In this document: piece after piece, positions 54,267-64,000 of the stretch
How positions within the stretch are numbered: the first letter of the stretch is position 1
Layout of the letters: each line of letters starts with the position of its first letter
Assembly: GCF_030028105.1 (NCBI RefSeq)
Contig: NC_092383.1
Location: forward strand, 98,417,604-98,481,603
Source: Mobula birostris
Lineage: Eukaryota
Length of the DNA: 64,000 nucleotides
Reading direction: 5' to 3'
Position numbers and translations under genes: made by a program
The notes under the pieces: generated by a model
Told to the model about the DNA's origin: nothing
What the model saw: the letters and a program-made list of their open reading frames with translations, nothing else
Database searches by the model: none

Positions 54267-57200
54267 CAGGGGCGGCGCTAAGGTGGCGCTAGCTGGGGCT
54301 ATAGCCCCAGCAGAAATTGCAATAGCACCACCATAGCACCACCAAGAAATTAGCTGCAGCTGCTTTGCTTTCTCTGTATAGTTTTGAATACAGCTTGTTT
54401 CTCCAGTTGATCTAGTGAAACAGCGTCCCCAATTACCAGAGCACCCACGCAGCAATAAAGTTATAAACTCTGCTAGATCCACTCTACGCTTTTGCTTATT
54501 CTATCGTTGTCAATGTTTTGCTGTTGCTGTGCTCAGATCAGTTAAGCTGACCTAAGATCACTTAAGATGGTGATGTCACTCACTCTCAGTCATGTGAGAG
54601 ATTGATAGTATACATCCAGGCGCAGATCCGTGGTCTCGTGAGACTAACGGATGCCACGCGCACACATTGTGCTTTTACAAGCGAGCGTGGGCCTGGCACG
54701 TGCATTATTTTGGCCGACGTGAAAAATGGATCCAGTTTTAGTGAGAAAACGACCTCATCCAGAGGAATCAGTGATGTCTCAGCCTGAGCATGTCTTAATT
54801 GAAAGTGACATGCAGAAAGAAGTAAGTGGGGCTGAGGACGACAGCAGTTCATCGAAGGAGTGCGAGGGCAAAGTAGGGGAACAAGAAATGGAGCGGGATT
54901 CGGAAGAGAACGTGGATGAAGCTGCTCTTAGTGCGAGTGGGAATACTGTTAGCGATGTCAGCCAGCAGCCTGAGGAAGGACCCCATCGGCCAACATTGAA
55001 AAAGTACCCTTTGCAACAGTTTGGCAATCAGTAAAGGAGTTTTATTCGTGGCTGGTTTGACCTGTACTCCTGGCTGGAATATTCAATCACAAAAGATGCT
55101 ACATTCTGCTTCGCATGCAGGCATTTCCTATGTGGAGGACATGGGTTCCATTCTGAGTCTACCTTCACTGTCACCGGTTACCGCAACTGGCGGAAAGCTA
55201 CAACAGTTTTCATAACCCAACATGTAAGTTGCAGGTGGATGCTTTCCTGGTGTCATGGATTCTTGATTACCTGACTGGCAGACCACAGTACGTGTGCTTG
55301 CAACATTGTGTGTCCGACAGAGTGATCAGCAGCACTGGGGCTCCACAGGGGACTGTCTTGTCTCCTTTTCTCTTCACCATTTAAACCTCGGACTTCAACT
55401 ACTGCACAGAGTCTTGTCATCTTCAAAAGTTTTCGGATGACTCTGCCATAGTTGGATGCATCAGCAAGGGAGATGAGGCAGAGTACAGGGATACGGTAGG
55501 AAACTTTGTCACATGGTGTGAGCAGAATTATCTGCAGCTTAATGTGAAAAAGACTAAGGAGCTGGTGGTAGACCTGAGGAGAGCTAAGGTACCGGTGACC
55601 CCTGTTTCCATCCAGGGGGTCAGTGTGGACATGGTGGAGGATTACAAATACCTGGGGATGCGAATTGACAATAACCTGGACTGGTCAAAGAACACTGAGG
55701 CTGTCTACAAGAAGGGTCGTAGCCGTCTCCACTTCCTGAGGAGACTGAGGTCTTTTAACACATGCCGGACGATGCTGAGGACGTTCTACGAGTCTGTGGT
55801 GGCCAGTACTATCATGTTTGCTGTTGTGTGCTGGGGCAGCAGGCTGAGGGTAGCAGACACCGACAGAATCAACAAACTCATTCGTAAGGCCAGTGATGTT
55901 GTGGGGATGGAACTGGACTCTCTCACGGTGGTGTCTGAAAAGAGGATGCTGTCTAAGTTGCATGTCATCTTAGTCAATATCTCCCACCCACTACATAATG
56001 TACTGGGTGGGCACAGGAGTACATTCAGCCAGAGACTCATTCCACTGAGATGCAGCACAGAGCGTCATAGGAAGTCATTCCTGCCTGTGGCCATCAAACT
56101 TTACAACTCCTCCCTTGTAGGGTCAGACACCCTGAGCCAATAGGCTGGTCCTGGAGTTATTTCATAATTTACTGGCATAATTTACATATTACTATTTAAC
56201 TATTTATAGTTCTATTACTATTTATTATTTATGGTGCAACTGTAACGAAAACCAATTTCCCCCGGGATCAATAAAGTAAAACTATGACTATGACTATGTA
56301 AGTTTGCGATGGAGGCATGGGCCGAATTCAGATTGAGAAAATATGACGGTTCAACATTGGGAAATATGCTTGACAAAGGACATGCAAAAATTGTCCAAGA
56401 AAATCGTGAGTATATGAGAGCAGTGGTTGAGTCTCTACGCTATACTGCGTGCCAAGGCATTGCCCAGCGAGGACACTGGGAGAATGATGGATCTGGCAAT
56501 AGCGGAAACTGTGTTGAGTTGCTCAGTGTAATTGGGAAGTTTGATAAGACTGTAGCTAAAAAAAAAAAGAGGACAATCCTGGAAATGCGAAATACACCCA
56601 TCACGATATCCCAAATGAAATTATGGGTATTATGGCAGATATGGACAGACGTCAAATAAGTGCAGAAATCAAGGAGGCTGGATATTTTGTCATCATGGTG
56701 AATTAAAGTAAAGACTTGAGTAAACAGGAGCAAGTATCAGTGGTGGTGCGGTATTTGAATAACGAAACAGTGCTTGAAGAATTCTTGCACTTCACTCCAG
56801 CAGAAGGGTTGAACGCAGAGTCGCTTCTTAAAAGCATTGAACAGACACTCGCCCAGTGTGTTATTGATTAGAACATGTGTATAGGTCAGTGTTATGACGG
56901 GGTGGCAGTGATGTCCGGGTGCAGTAACGGGGTACAAGAGAGGTTCAGGAAAGAGGTCCCGCAGTCATTATATATACACTCCATGCTCACAGACTTAACC
57001 TTGTTTTAGTGGATGTTGTGAGCAATGTACCACAGGCGGGCGGGCGAGTTTTTTGAAACTGTGCAGCTGCTTTACAACTTCTTTTCAAACTCTGTTGCCC
57101 ACGATCTTTTCATGAAGAAGCAGAGAGAACTGGAATCAACTGCACAGCCCATGGAGTTGAAGAAATTGTCAGATACACACTGGGCATGGCAGTATACAGC

Positions 57201-58857
57201 TTTGTGGGCTATAAGGAAATCACTCCCTGCCATTCTAGCTACACTACAGGATATTATGGGTCAACCAAATGCAAGGAGGAAAACGGAGACCAGAGCTGTA
57301 AATGTACTGATTGACGAGCAGTTTGCTTTACTTCTCACTCTGTTTGAGGATTTCTTCCGAGTCACCAAGTTCATGTCAGACCAGCTACAATCTCCCAGTT
57401 TGGAGCTTTCATCCGCTGTGGATTTGGCTCAGTCTGCCATCGATGCACTCTCAGCAAAACGGGGAGAGGAATCATGGAGTGAAATTCAGACAAGAGCTAG
57501 GGACCTGTGCGTCAAGGCCGGTATACAGAGCAGACCACATGAAAGGAGACTGGCCCAGCCACCCTGCCGCCTACATGATTTTGTTGTTGAGGCCTGTCAC
57601 ATCCTCTGATGACCTTCGCAATCACTGTTTCTATCCGGTTATAGACAGATTTCTGACTGAAATGAAAAGACGGTTCTTAATTGAGACTGGGGGTGTTCTG
57701 ACTGGAGTCTCAGCATTGAGTCCCAAACACAAGTTCTTCCTAGACAAGAATTGTCTTTGGCCAATGGCCCAATACTATGGAGTGACTGAAGTGAACCTGA
57801 CTTCAGAGCTACATCAGGTTCAGCGTCTGCTGGAAACAAAACAAAAGCAAGGACAGACAGTGAATGACACAGTGGAATTTCTAGCTCTAATGAGACCCTA
57901 CCGCGATGCATTCATAGATTTATACAAACTAATCTGCATATCACTGACTCTACCTGTGACATCTGCCTCATGCAAACGGAGTTTCTCTTTCCTCTGACGC
58001 ATCAAAAACTACTTAAGGAACAGCAGCAGCGATGCTCGGAACAGCAACTTGGGCCTATTGGCCATAAACAGCCGGAGGACCAAAGCACTTGACATCCAGA
58101 AAATCGTTGATGCTTTCGCCAGCAATCACAACAACAGACGGATTGTGCTTCTCTGAAAACATTAATGGTGAGTGCAGTTGATTTTTAAAAAATTTGGGCC
58201 AAGACTAATGCTGATTATTATTATTTTGTGGTGGATACCTCATAGTCCTTATGTTTCCTGCAGATCCTAAAATATTACATTTACTGCTATTAAGCCTACT
58301 GGTTTTGCTTAGACTTCCAAGCGGTGATTCCGTTGATTTTTGTTTAAATTCAATAGCCGGATTAGTCGAGGTATTGAATGGTCAGAGTACGATTGTCCAA
58401 CAACTGGTAAAGCCGTGCATCTGTTGTTTGCCTTATTTGACCTTAATAACGGTGTATCTTTTGCCATTGCTGACTATGTAATGCGAATAGCGGTGGGTTC
58501 GTTTTGTGTTTTTCAGTTGAAAAGCACGCATTGGACGCTGGTTGCGGGATCGGTGCGTGATTCACGTTGTCCGCTGTTGCTCGGATGCTCTGTTTGTTTT
58601 TTTTTGTTTATGCTCTGTGTAGCCCAGGTTGTCTCCGATGCTGTTGACACTGTAACAGTTCACTTCTATATTAGATCCATCAATTTATTTTGCTTGTGAA
58701 TCAACAGAGGCATTTGTAGTAGGTACATAATGCTTGAAACTGACTTTTTAACGCCACGCGTCTGGCCTTGCGAATACAGCACATCCCTCAGCACCATCAC
58801 TGAATCATTCAGCCCCTCCGTAGCACCAACAAGGAAAAACCTCTGGTGCTGCCACTG
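54267..58857 (+). mobile_element. hAT (Tip100/ZMYM1-like: TTF zinc finger, DUF4371, dimerisation domain) transposon, decayed
   Basis: Imperfect TIRs CAGGGGCGGCGCTA (54267) / TGGTGCTGCCACTG (to 58857); RSF..WF..WLEYS..FCFACR; AQRGH..GN; QCYDG..MSG; LSDTHW; LPVTSASCKRSFS; stop 58154-58156. Confidence 0.9.
55231..56295 (+). mobile_element. Rex1/Babar-like LINE with 9-bp TSD
   Basis: ORF 55544-56143 KTKELVVDLRR..; (ACTATG)3 tail; TSD ATGTAAGTT at 55222-55230 and 56296-56304. Confidence 0.9.
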
Positions 58858-59199
58858 CCTTCAATAAAAAGATTTAAAAGAAAAGAAATACTCTTCAAAG
58901 ATTGTCTACCTGGCGTCAGTGGTCGCACAACCAGGAATTGTGATGTGCTCGTACGACCATCTACCACCTGCTCTCGTGGCTTTTCGTGACTCTGATCGGG
59001 GGGCTAGCCTGCAGGTGCTACACCTCGCCCAAGAGTGGCCTACAGGCTAGCAGAGGGAAGTGGCGCCTCACACCTCCTTTGGTAGAGACACACCTCCAAC
59101 CCCACTACCTTCATCCACAGTAACGGTCTGAATGAGTTTGGAGGTTTCCTGGCAGGAGAGTTTGGGGTTGACTCTGATACTGGTGATGTGATGGATGGT

Positions 59200-60170
59200 G
59201 CTGGAACAACGCAAAGATGCTGCGGGAGGAACTCAGCAGGTCGAGCAGCCTCTGTGAGGGGTGGTGGGTGTGTGTGTGCGGGGGGGGGGGGGTGGAAGAG
59301 GAGCTGTCATTGTTTCTGGTGGAAACCAGATCTGAAAGTGGAGAGGGAAGACAGCCAAACGAGAAGGGAGTGGTGAGACAGGAGCCGGAATTGGGAATGT
59401 GAGATGACAGGCAGGTTGTACCAGGTAAGGGAGGGGAGTGGAAGGCAGGGGTGGGTGGGTGATCGATGCAAGCAGACAAAGAGAGGAGCAGAACTAAAGG
59501 TAGAGAGAGCAAGGTGGTAGGAGGGAGGGAGGGAGGGAGAAGCTCAGAGATTGCTGCTGGAGGGAGAGAACCAGGAACTCAAAGATCTGCCAGTGCCAGA
59601 CTTCATAAGACACAGGAGCAGAATTCGGCCATTCAGCCCGTGAGTCTGCTCTGCCTCTTCACCATGGTTGAGTAATCAGGACTGATAAGTCGGCATGAAT
59701 ATGGAGACAGGAGTAGGGCACATGGAACCAGGCAGGGATTGGGTGAGGGGAGAGTGTCTCAGCGATCCTTTGGGTGAGCTGAGGTGTGTGTGTGTATTTA
59801 TGAATGGAAGCAGAAAGGAAAGGTGAAGGGGGCGAAAAATGTGAGGACCTGGGGAGGATTAGAAGGAACAGGCTGGGGGAGGGAACGGAATTTTACTCAA
59901 AAGTGGACAATTCAGTGTTCCTACCACTGGCTTGTAGACCACCCATGTGGAATTGAGGGGATGTTCCTCCAGCCTCTGTCGGGCCTCACCCTGTCAGTGG
60001 GACAGGCGTGGATGTACAGGTCAGTGTGGGGATGGGGGAATGGGAGCTGGAATGGTCGGTATCTGGAAGCATGGGATGGCCTTTGTGGACCAAGCATAGG
60101 TTTTCTGTGAAATACTCCTCAGGTCTGTGTTCGGATCTGTTGGTGTAGAGAAGGCGACCTCGGGAGCACT
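59200..60170 (-). mobile_element. Old Penelope-like remnants, with a small CR1 tail at ~59600-59680
   Basis: GAGGAACTCAGCAGGTCGAGCAGC terminal motif; degenerate match to the GIY-YIG segment at 29340-29460. Confidence 0.55.
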
Positions 60171-60486
60171 GTTCAGGGAGTGTTAAGGTGCCTCCACAAC
60201 ACATGGAATATCAAAGTTCAAAGTAAATTTATTATCAAAGTGCATGTGTCTCCATATACAACCTTGGGCATACTCATATAACCTACAGAGTAATAACCAT
60301 AACAGAATCAATGAAAGACAGCCCAGCTGTAGGAAGATGGCGCTGGTAAACCATAGTGACTTTCTGTGGGCTGTGGACAATACTTCTACATTTAGCTCTG
60401 GTCACCTCATTATGGGAAGGATGTGGAAGATTTAGAGAGGGTGCAGAGGAGATTTACCAGAATGCTGCCTGGATTAGAGAGCATGT

Positions 60487-61058
60487 CCTCGTTCCCCCTC
60501 GCCCTGTTTCTTCACTCCCTCACTCCCTCCTCCTCCCCTTCTCTCTTCCTCAATCCTCTCCCATACCTCCCCCTCCACCCTCTGCTGCTTCTCCCACCCC
60601 CTCCTTCTCCCCTCCGCCCTCTCCCCTTTCCCCATCTTTCCCCTCCCACACCCTCCTTCTCACCCTCCCACTCCCTTCCCCTTCCCTGTCCTCTGCTCTT
60701 CCCCTCCTTCTCCATTCCCCTTCCCTCAACCCCTCCCTCTCCCCTCCCCTTCCCTCAAATCCTCCCTTCCCTTTCTCTCCCCCCCCCCACCTCTCCCCTT
60801 CCCTGGCTCCCTAACTTCCCTTCCTTTTTTCTCTCCTCTACCCCTCCCTTACCCCCACACCCTCCCCTCCCTTCTCCCGTCTCCCCACTCCTTCTCTGTC
60901 TCTACTTCCCCCTTCTCCCGGTTCCTCTCTCCCCTCTCCCTCCATTCAATCGTTCCCCTCCAACTCTCACCTCCCTCTCTCCCCTCTATCCCTCCCCTCT
61001 CCCCTCTCACCTCTCCCCCCCTTCCCTACCCCCCTCTACCCCAGCCTCCCCCCCCCCC
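60487..61058. repeat. Polypyrimidine/polypurine low-complexity tract
   Basis: ~570 nt almost only C/T on the + strand. Confidence 0.92.
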
Positions 61059-61370
61059 CGGTGCCCCTGGACAACACTCCCGGGCGGGGTTGTTCTCTTG
61101 CCGGAGCGTCTCTCTGCGTTGCCGCCTCCCGTATCTCTGGTGATAGGCGCACCGCTCTACACTCGCTCTCTGCTGGAGCCTTCACGGTCCTAGCCCGGGC
61201 GAACGGAGGCGGCCGATCACAGGATCCCGCAGGAGTCCACCGGCTGGGCTCCGATCACCGTCACGGAGCAAGTGAGAGTCCGCAGCTGGTTAACGGATCA
61301 CCGTCACGGAGCGAAGATGAAGCCCTTCCTGGTTGCGCTGCTTTTGTCGGAGGAAGCCAGGGTGAGTTAC
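61059..61370 (+). promoter_or_regulatory. CpG island / probable promoter and first exon of an unidentified gene
   Basis: Dense CpG, GGGCGG box at ~61083, non-repetitive sequence, consensus donor CAGG|GTGAGT at 61361/61362. Confidence 0.65.
61317..61361 (+). CDS. Candidate first coding exon MKPFLVALLLSEEAR (unidentified gene)
   Basis: gaagATGa, 45 nt, phase-0 donor; no downstream exon found in the window; could be 5' UTR. Confidence 0.4.
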
Positions 61371-61374
61371 TGTT

Positions 61375-62375
61375 GCTTCCCCTTCCCCACACGCCCCTAC
61401 GCTACTCCGTACCTGCCCCTATTCTTCACCGTCCCGGGCCCTTCCCCTTCCCCAGTCCGTCCCCACCCTACACCGACCCGGGCCCTTCCCCTTCCCCACT
61501 CCGTCCCCACCCTACACCGTCCCGGACCCTTCCCCTTCCCCACTCCGTCCCCACCCTACACCGTCCCGGGCCCTTCCCCTTCCCCACTCCATCCCACCCT
61601 ACACCGTCCCGGGCCCTTCCCCTTCCCGTTCCCCTTCCCTACTCCGTCCCCATCCTACACCACCCCGGGCCCTTCCCCTTCCCCACTCCGTCCCCACGCT
61701 ACTCCATCCCGGGCCCTTCCCCTTCCCCACTCCGTCCCCACCCTACACTGTCCCGGACCCTTCCCTTTCCCCACTCCGTCCCCACCCTACACCGTCCTGG
61801 GCCCTTCCCCTTCCCTTTCCCCTTCCCCTTCCCCACTCCGACCCCACCCTATACCATCCTGGGCCCTTCCCCTTCCCCTTCCCCACTCTGTCCCCACCCT
61901 ACACCGTCCCGGGCCCTTCCACTTCCCCACTCCAACCCCACCCTACACCGTCCTGGGCCCTTCCCCTTCTCCTGCCCCCCTCCGTCCCCATCCTACACCG
62001 TCCCGGGTCCTTCCCCTTCCCCACTCCATCCGACCCTACACCGTCCCGGGTCCTTCCCCTTCCCCACTCCATCCGACCCTACACCGTCCCGGGCCCTTCC
62101 CCTTCCCCACTCCATCCCACCCTACACCGTCCCGGGCCCTTCCCCTTCCCCACTCCATCCCACCCTACACTGTCCCGGGCCCTTCCCCTTCCCCTTCCCC
62201 CCTCTGTCCCCACCCTACTCTGTCCTGGGCCCTTCCCCTTCCCCTTCCCGACTCCGACCCACCCTACACCGTCCCGGGCCCTTCCCCTTCCCCACTCCGA
62301 CCCATCCTACACCGTCCCGGGCCCTTCCCCTTCCCCACTCCATCCCCACCCTACACCGTCCTGAGCCCTTCCCCT
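61375..62375 (+). repeat. C-rich ~43-50-bp minisatellite (~22 units)
   Basis: Unit CACCGTCCCGGGCCCTTCCCCTTCCCCACTCCRTCCCCACCCTA with variable CTTCCC copy number. Confidence 0.95.
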
Positions 62376-63084
62376 TCCTGTTCCCTACATTATCTCTGCT
62401 CTTCTCTCCCTCCGCTCCTTCCCCCGTTCTACAACCGTCCCTGTCCCTCCTCTAAGTCTCCTGGTACCCGGACCACCACCAGAGCCCGGTCCCGAAACTT
62501 GTCGGCCCTAATACCCACCAACTCCGAGGACACCCACCCCTCCCCAGCTACCGAGGAACAAGCTGTGGGATCGCCATCAGATTCTGGCCCTGAATACCGT
62601 CTGTACCCCTTGGGACGGCTCAGGTCATGCTGATCCATGGTGATTCACTGCTGAACGTCCCGCCTGTTATTGCAGCCTCAGCCCCGATAGAGTCATACAG
62701 CTCTGAAAAAGGCCCTTTGACCCAACTGGTCCATGCTGACCACAGCACACTCTCTGCTTGTCCCAGTGCCTGTGACCCTCCAAGACCCTCCATGTACCTA
62801 TCCACATGCCCCTTTCTGTTGCAATGGTACTCGCCTGAACTGCTGTTCATTCTATCCTGATGGAGTCAGCCCCCACTCACCTCCAAGGACACCTGTATTC
62901 CTCTCTGCCACTCTGACAGCTTCTACCCTCCAGAGCTGTGTGGGGAAGGAGTCCTGGGGTTTAGAGCCAGAGGTGACGAGGGACCTGCGATATACTTTAA
63001 GGTCAGCTGTGGAATTTGTTAGTGAGCCTCTGGGAGCTTCCCTGAGTTCCCTGCCCCTGACCACCAGAGTGGCTGTCAAAGCAA

Positions 63085-63645
63085 GGATGTAATGCTGAGG
63101 TTTATAAGGCATTGGTCAGACCACACTTGGAGTATTGTTCTGGTATTAGAGAGAGTCCAGAAGAGGTTCACATGAATAATTCTGGGATTGAAAGAGTTAA
63201 TGTATGAAGAGGGTTTGACAGCTATGGGCCTGTAATCGCCGGAGTTTCAAAAAATGATGGGTGATCTAATTGAAACCTACCATAGAAAGGCCTAGATAAA
63301 GTGGAAGTTGAGAGGATTTTTTCAATAGTGGGGGAGTTTAGGATCAGAGGGCAAAGTCTCAGAATGGAGGGACTTCCATTTAGAACAGAAATGAGGAGGA
63401 ATTTCTTTAGCCAGAGGGTGGGGTAGCTGTGGAATTCATTGCCACAGATGGCTGTGGAGGCCAGGTCATTGGGTATATTTAAAGCGGAGGTTGGTAGGTT
63501 CTTGATTAGACAGGGTGTCCAAGCTAACGGGGAGAAGGCAGGAAATGTTTGAGTGGCAAATTAAATCAATCATGATGGAATGGTGGAGCAGACTCGATGG
63601 GCTGAATGGCCTGATTCTGCTCCTGTATCTCATGGTCTTACAGGT
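63085..63645 (+). mobile_element. CR1 3' fragment, decayed
   Basis: HLEY remnant, FFSQRV region, tail CTGTATCTCATGGTCTTA. Confidence 0.8.
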
Positions 63646-63799
63646 GGTGGTGCTGTCCAGCGCCACCTGCCCTTGTTCTTCTGAGAAGGACAAGAGGGGG
63701 AGTCTGCTGGGTTGGGCAGTGTCTGAGGAGGGAAAGGAACAGTGGTCGGCCTCGGTGGGAACTCTGCACCAGCACATTGCCTGTTGCTCCAGCAACTGC

Positions 63800-64000
63800 C
63801 CTCTTCTGGGATGTAAGGGGAAAGATTTAAAAAGGGCCTGGGGGGCACCATTTTCATGTAGAGGGTGGTGAGTGTGTGGAACAAGCTGCTAGAGGAAGTG
63901 GTTGAGTCAGGTACAATAGTCTCATTTAAGAAAAAGTTGGATAGGTACGTGGAGGGGCCGGACTTAGAGGGACATAAGACAATAAGATCAGTTCCTGCGG
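63800..64000 (+). mobile_element. CR1 3' fragment
   Basis: ..QRVVSVWNKLLEEVVE.. remnant. Confidence 0.7.

Noticed and set aside
48724-58156. Domesticated PIF1 or ZMYM1-like host genes
   Set aside because: Stops, frameshifts, nested LINEs, degenerate catalytic motifs and transposon termini indicate dead TEs
60356-61193. Pro/Ser/Leu-rich ORFs
   Set aside because: Polypyrimidine tract fused to a CR1 fragment
61061-62633. 464-aa and 453-aa Pro-rich ORFs
   Set aside because: They read through a stop-free C-rich minisatellite and cross a consensus splice donor; low-complexity artefacts

Overview
This is a vertebrate genomic window with no CRISPR, rRNA or tRNA genes. The repeat families suggest a cartilaginous fish, probably a batoid ray (inference). 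It holds the 3' nine coding exons of NDUFS2 (2004-8780, +). The complete 5-exon FCER1G (FcR gamma) gene follows <1 kb downstream (9715-31574, +), and a CpG-island first-exon candidate of an unidentified gene lies at ~61.3 kb. Almost everything else is nested transposon debris: CR1, Rex/Babar and RTE LINEs, a V-SINE, three solo LTRs, a Gypsy pol fragment, three hAT elements, a decayed Helitron RepHel, and Penelope-like (PLE) insertions carrying minimal hammerhead ribozyme motifs. Highlights: (1) four TSD-flanked, head-to-head fold-back PLE insertions inside NDUFS2/FCER1G introns, one with intact hammerhead cores on both strands; (2) an FcR gamma chain with an extra membrane-proximal YxxL in an enlarged exon 3 resembling a CD3-zeta half-ITAM exon; (3) a transposase-bearing hAT whose non-coding ends resemble the eutherian Charlie4a/MER80 fossil as I recall it; (4) a Helitron split by a LINE and truncated by a hAT; (5) the tight NDUFS2-FCER1G junction. 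Similarities to named database entries are from memory and need to be searched.
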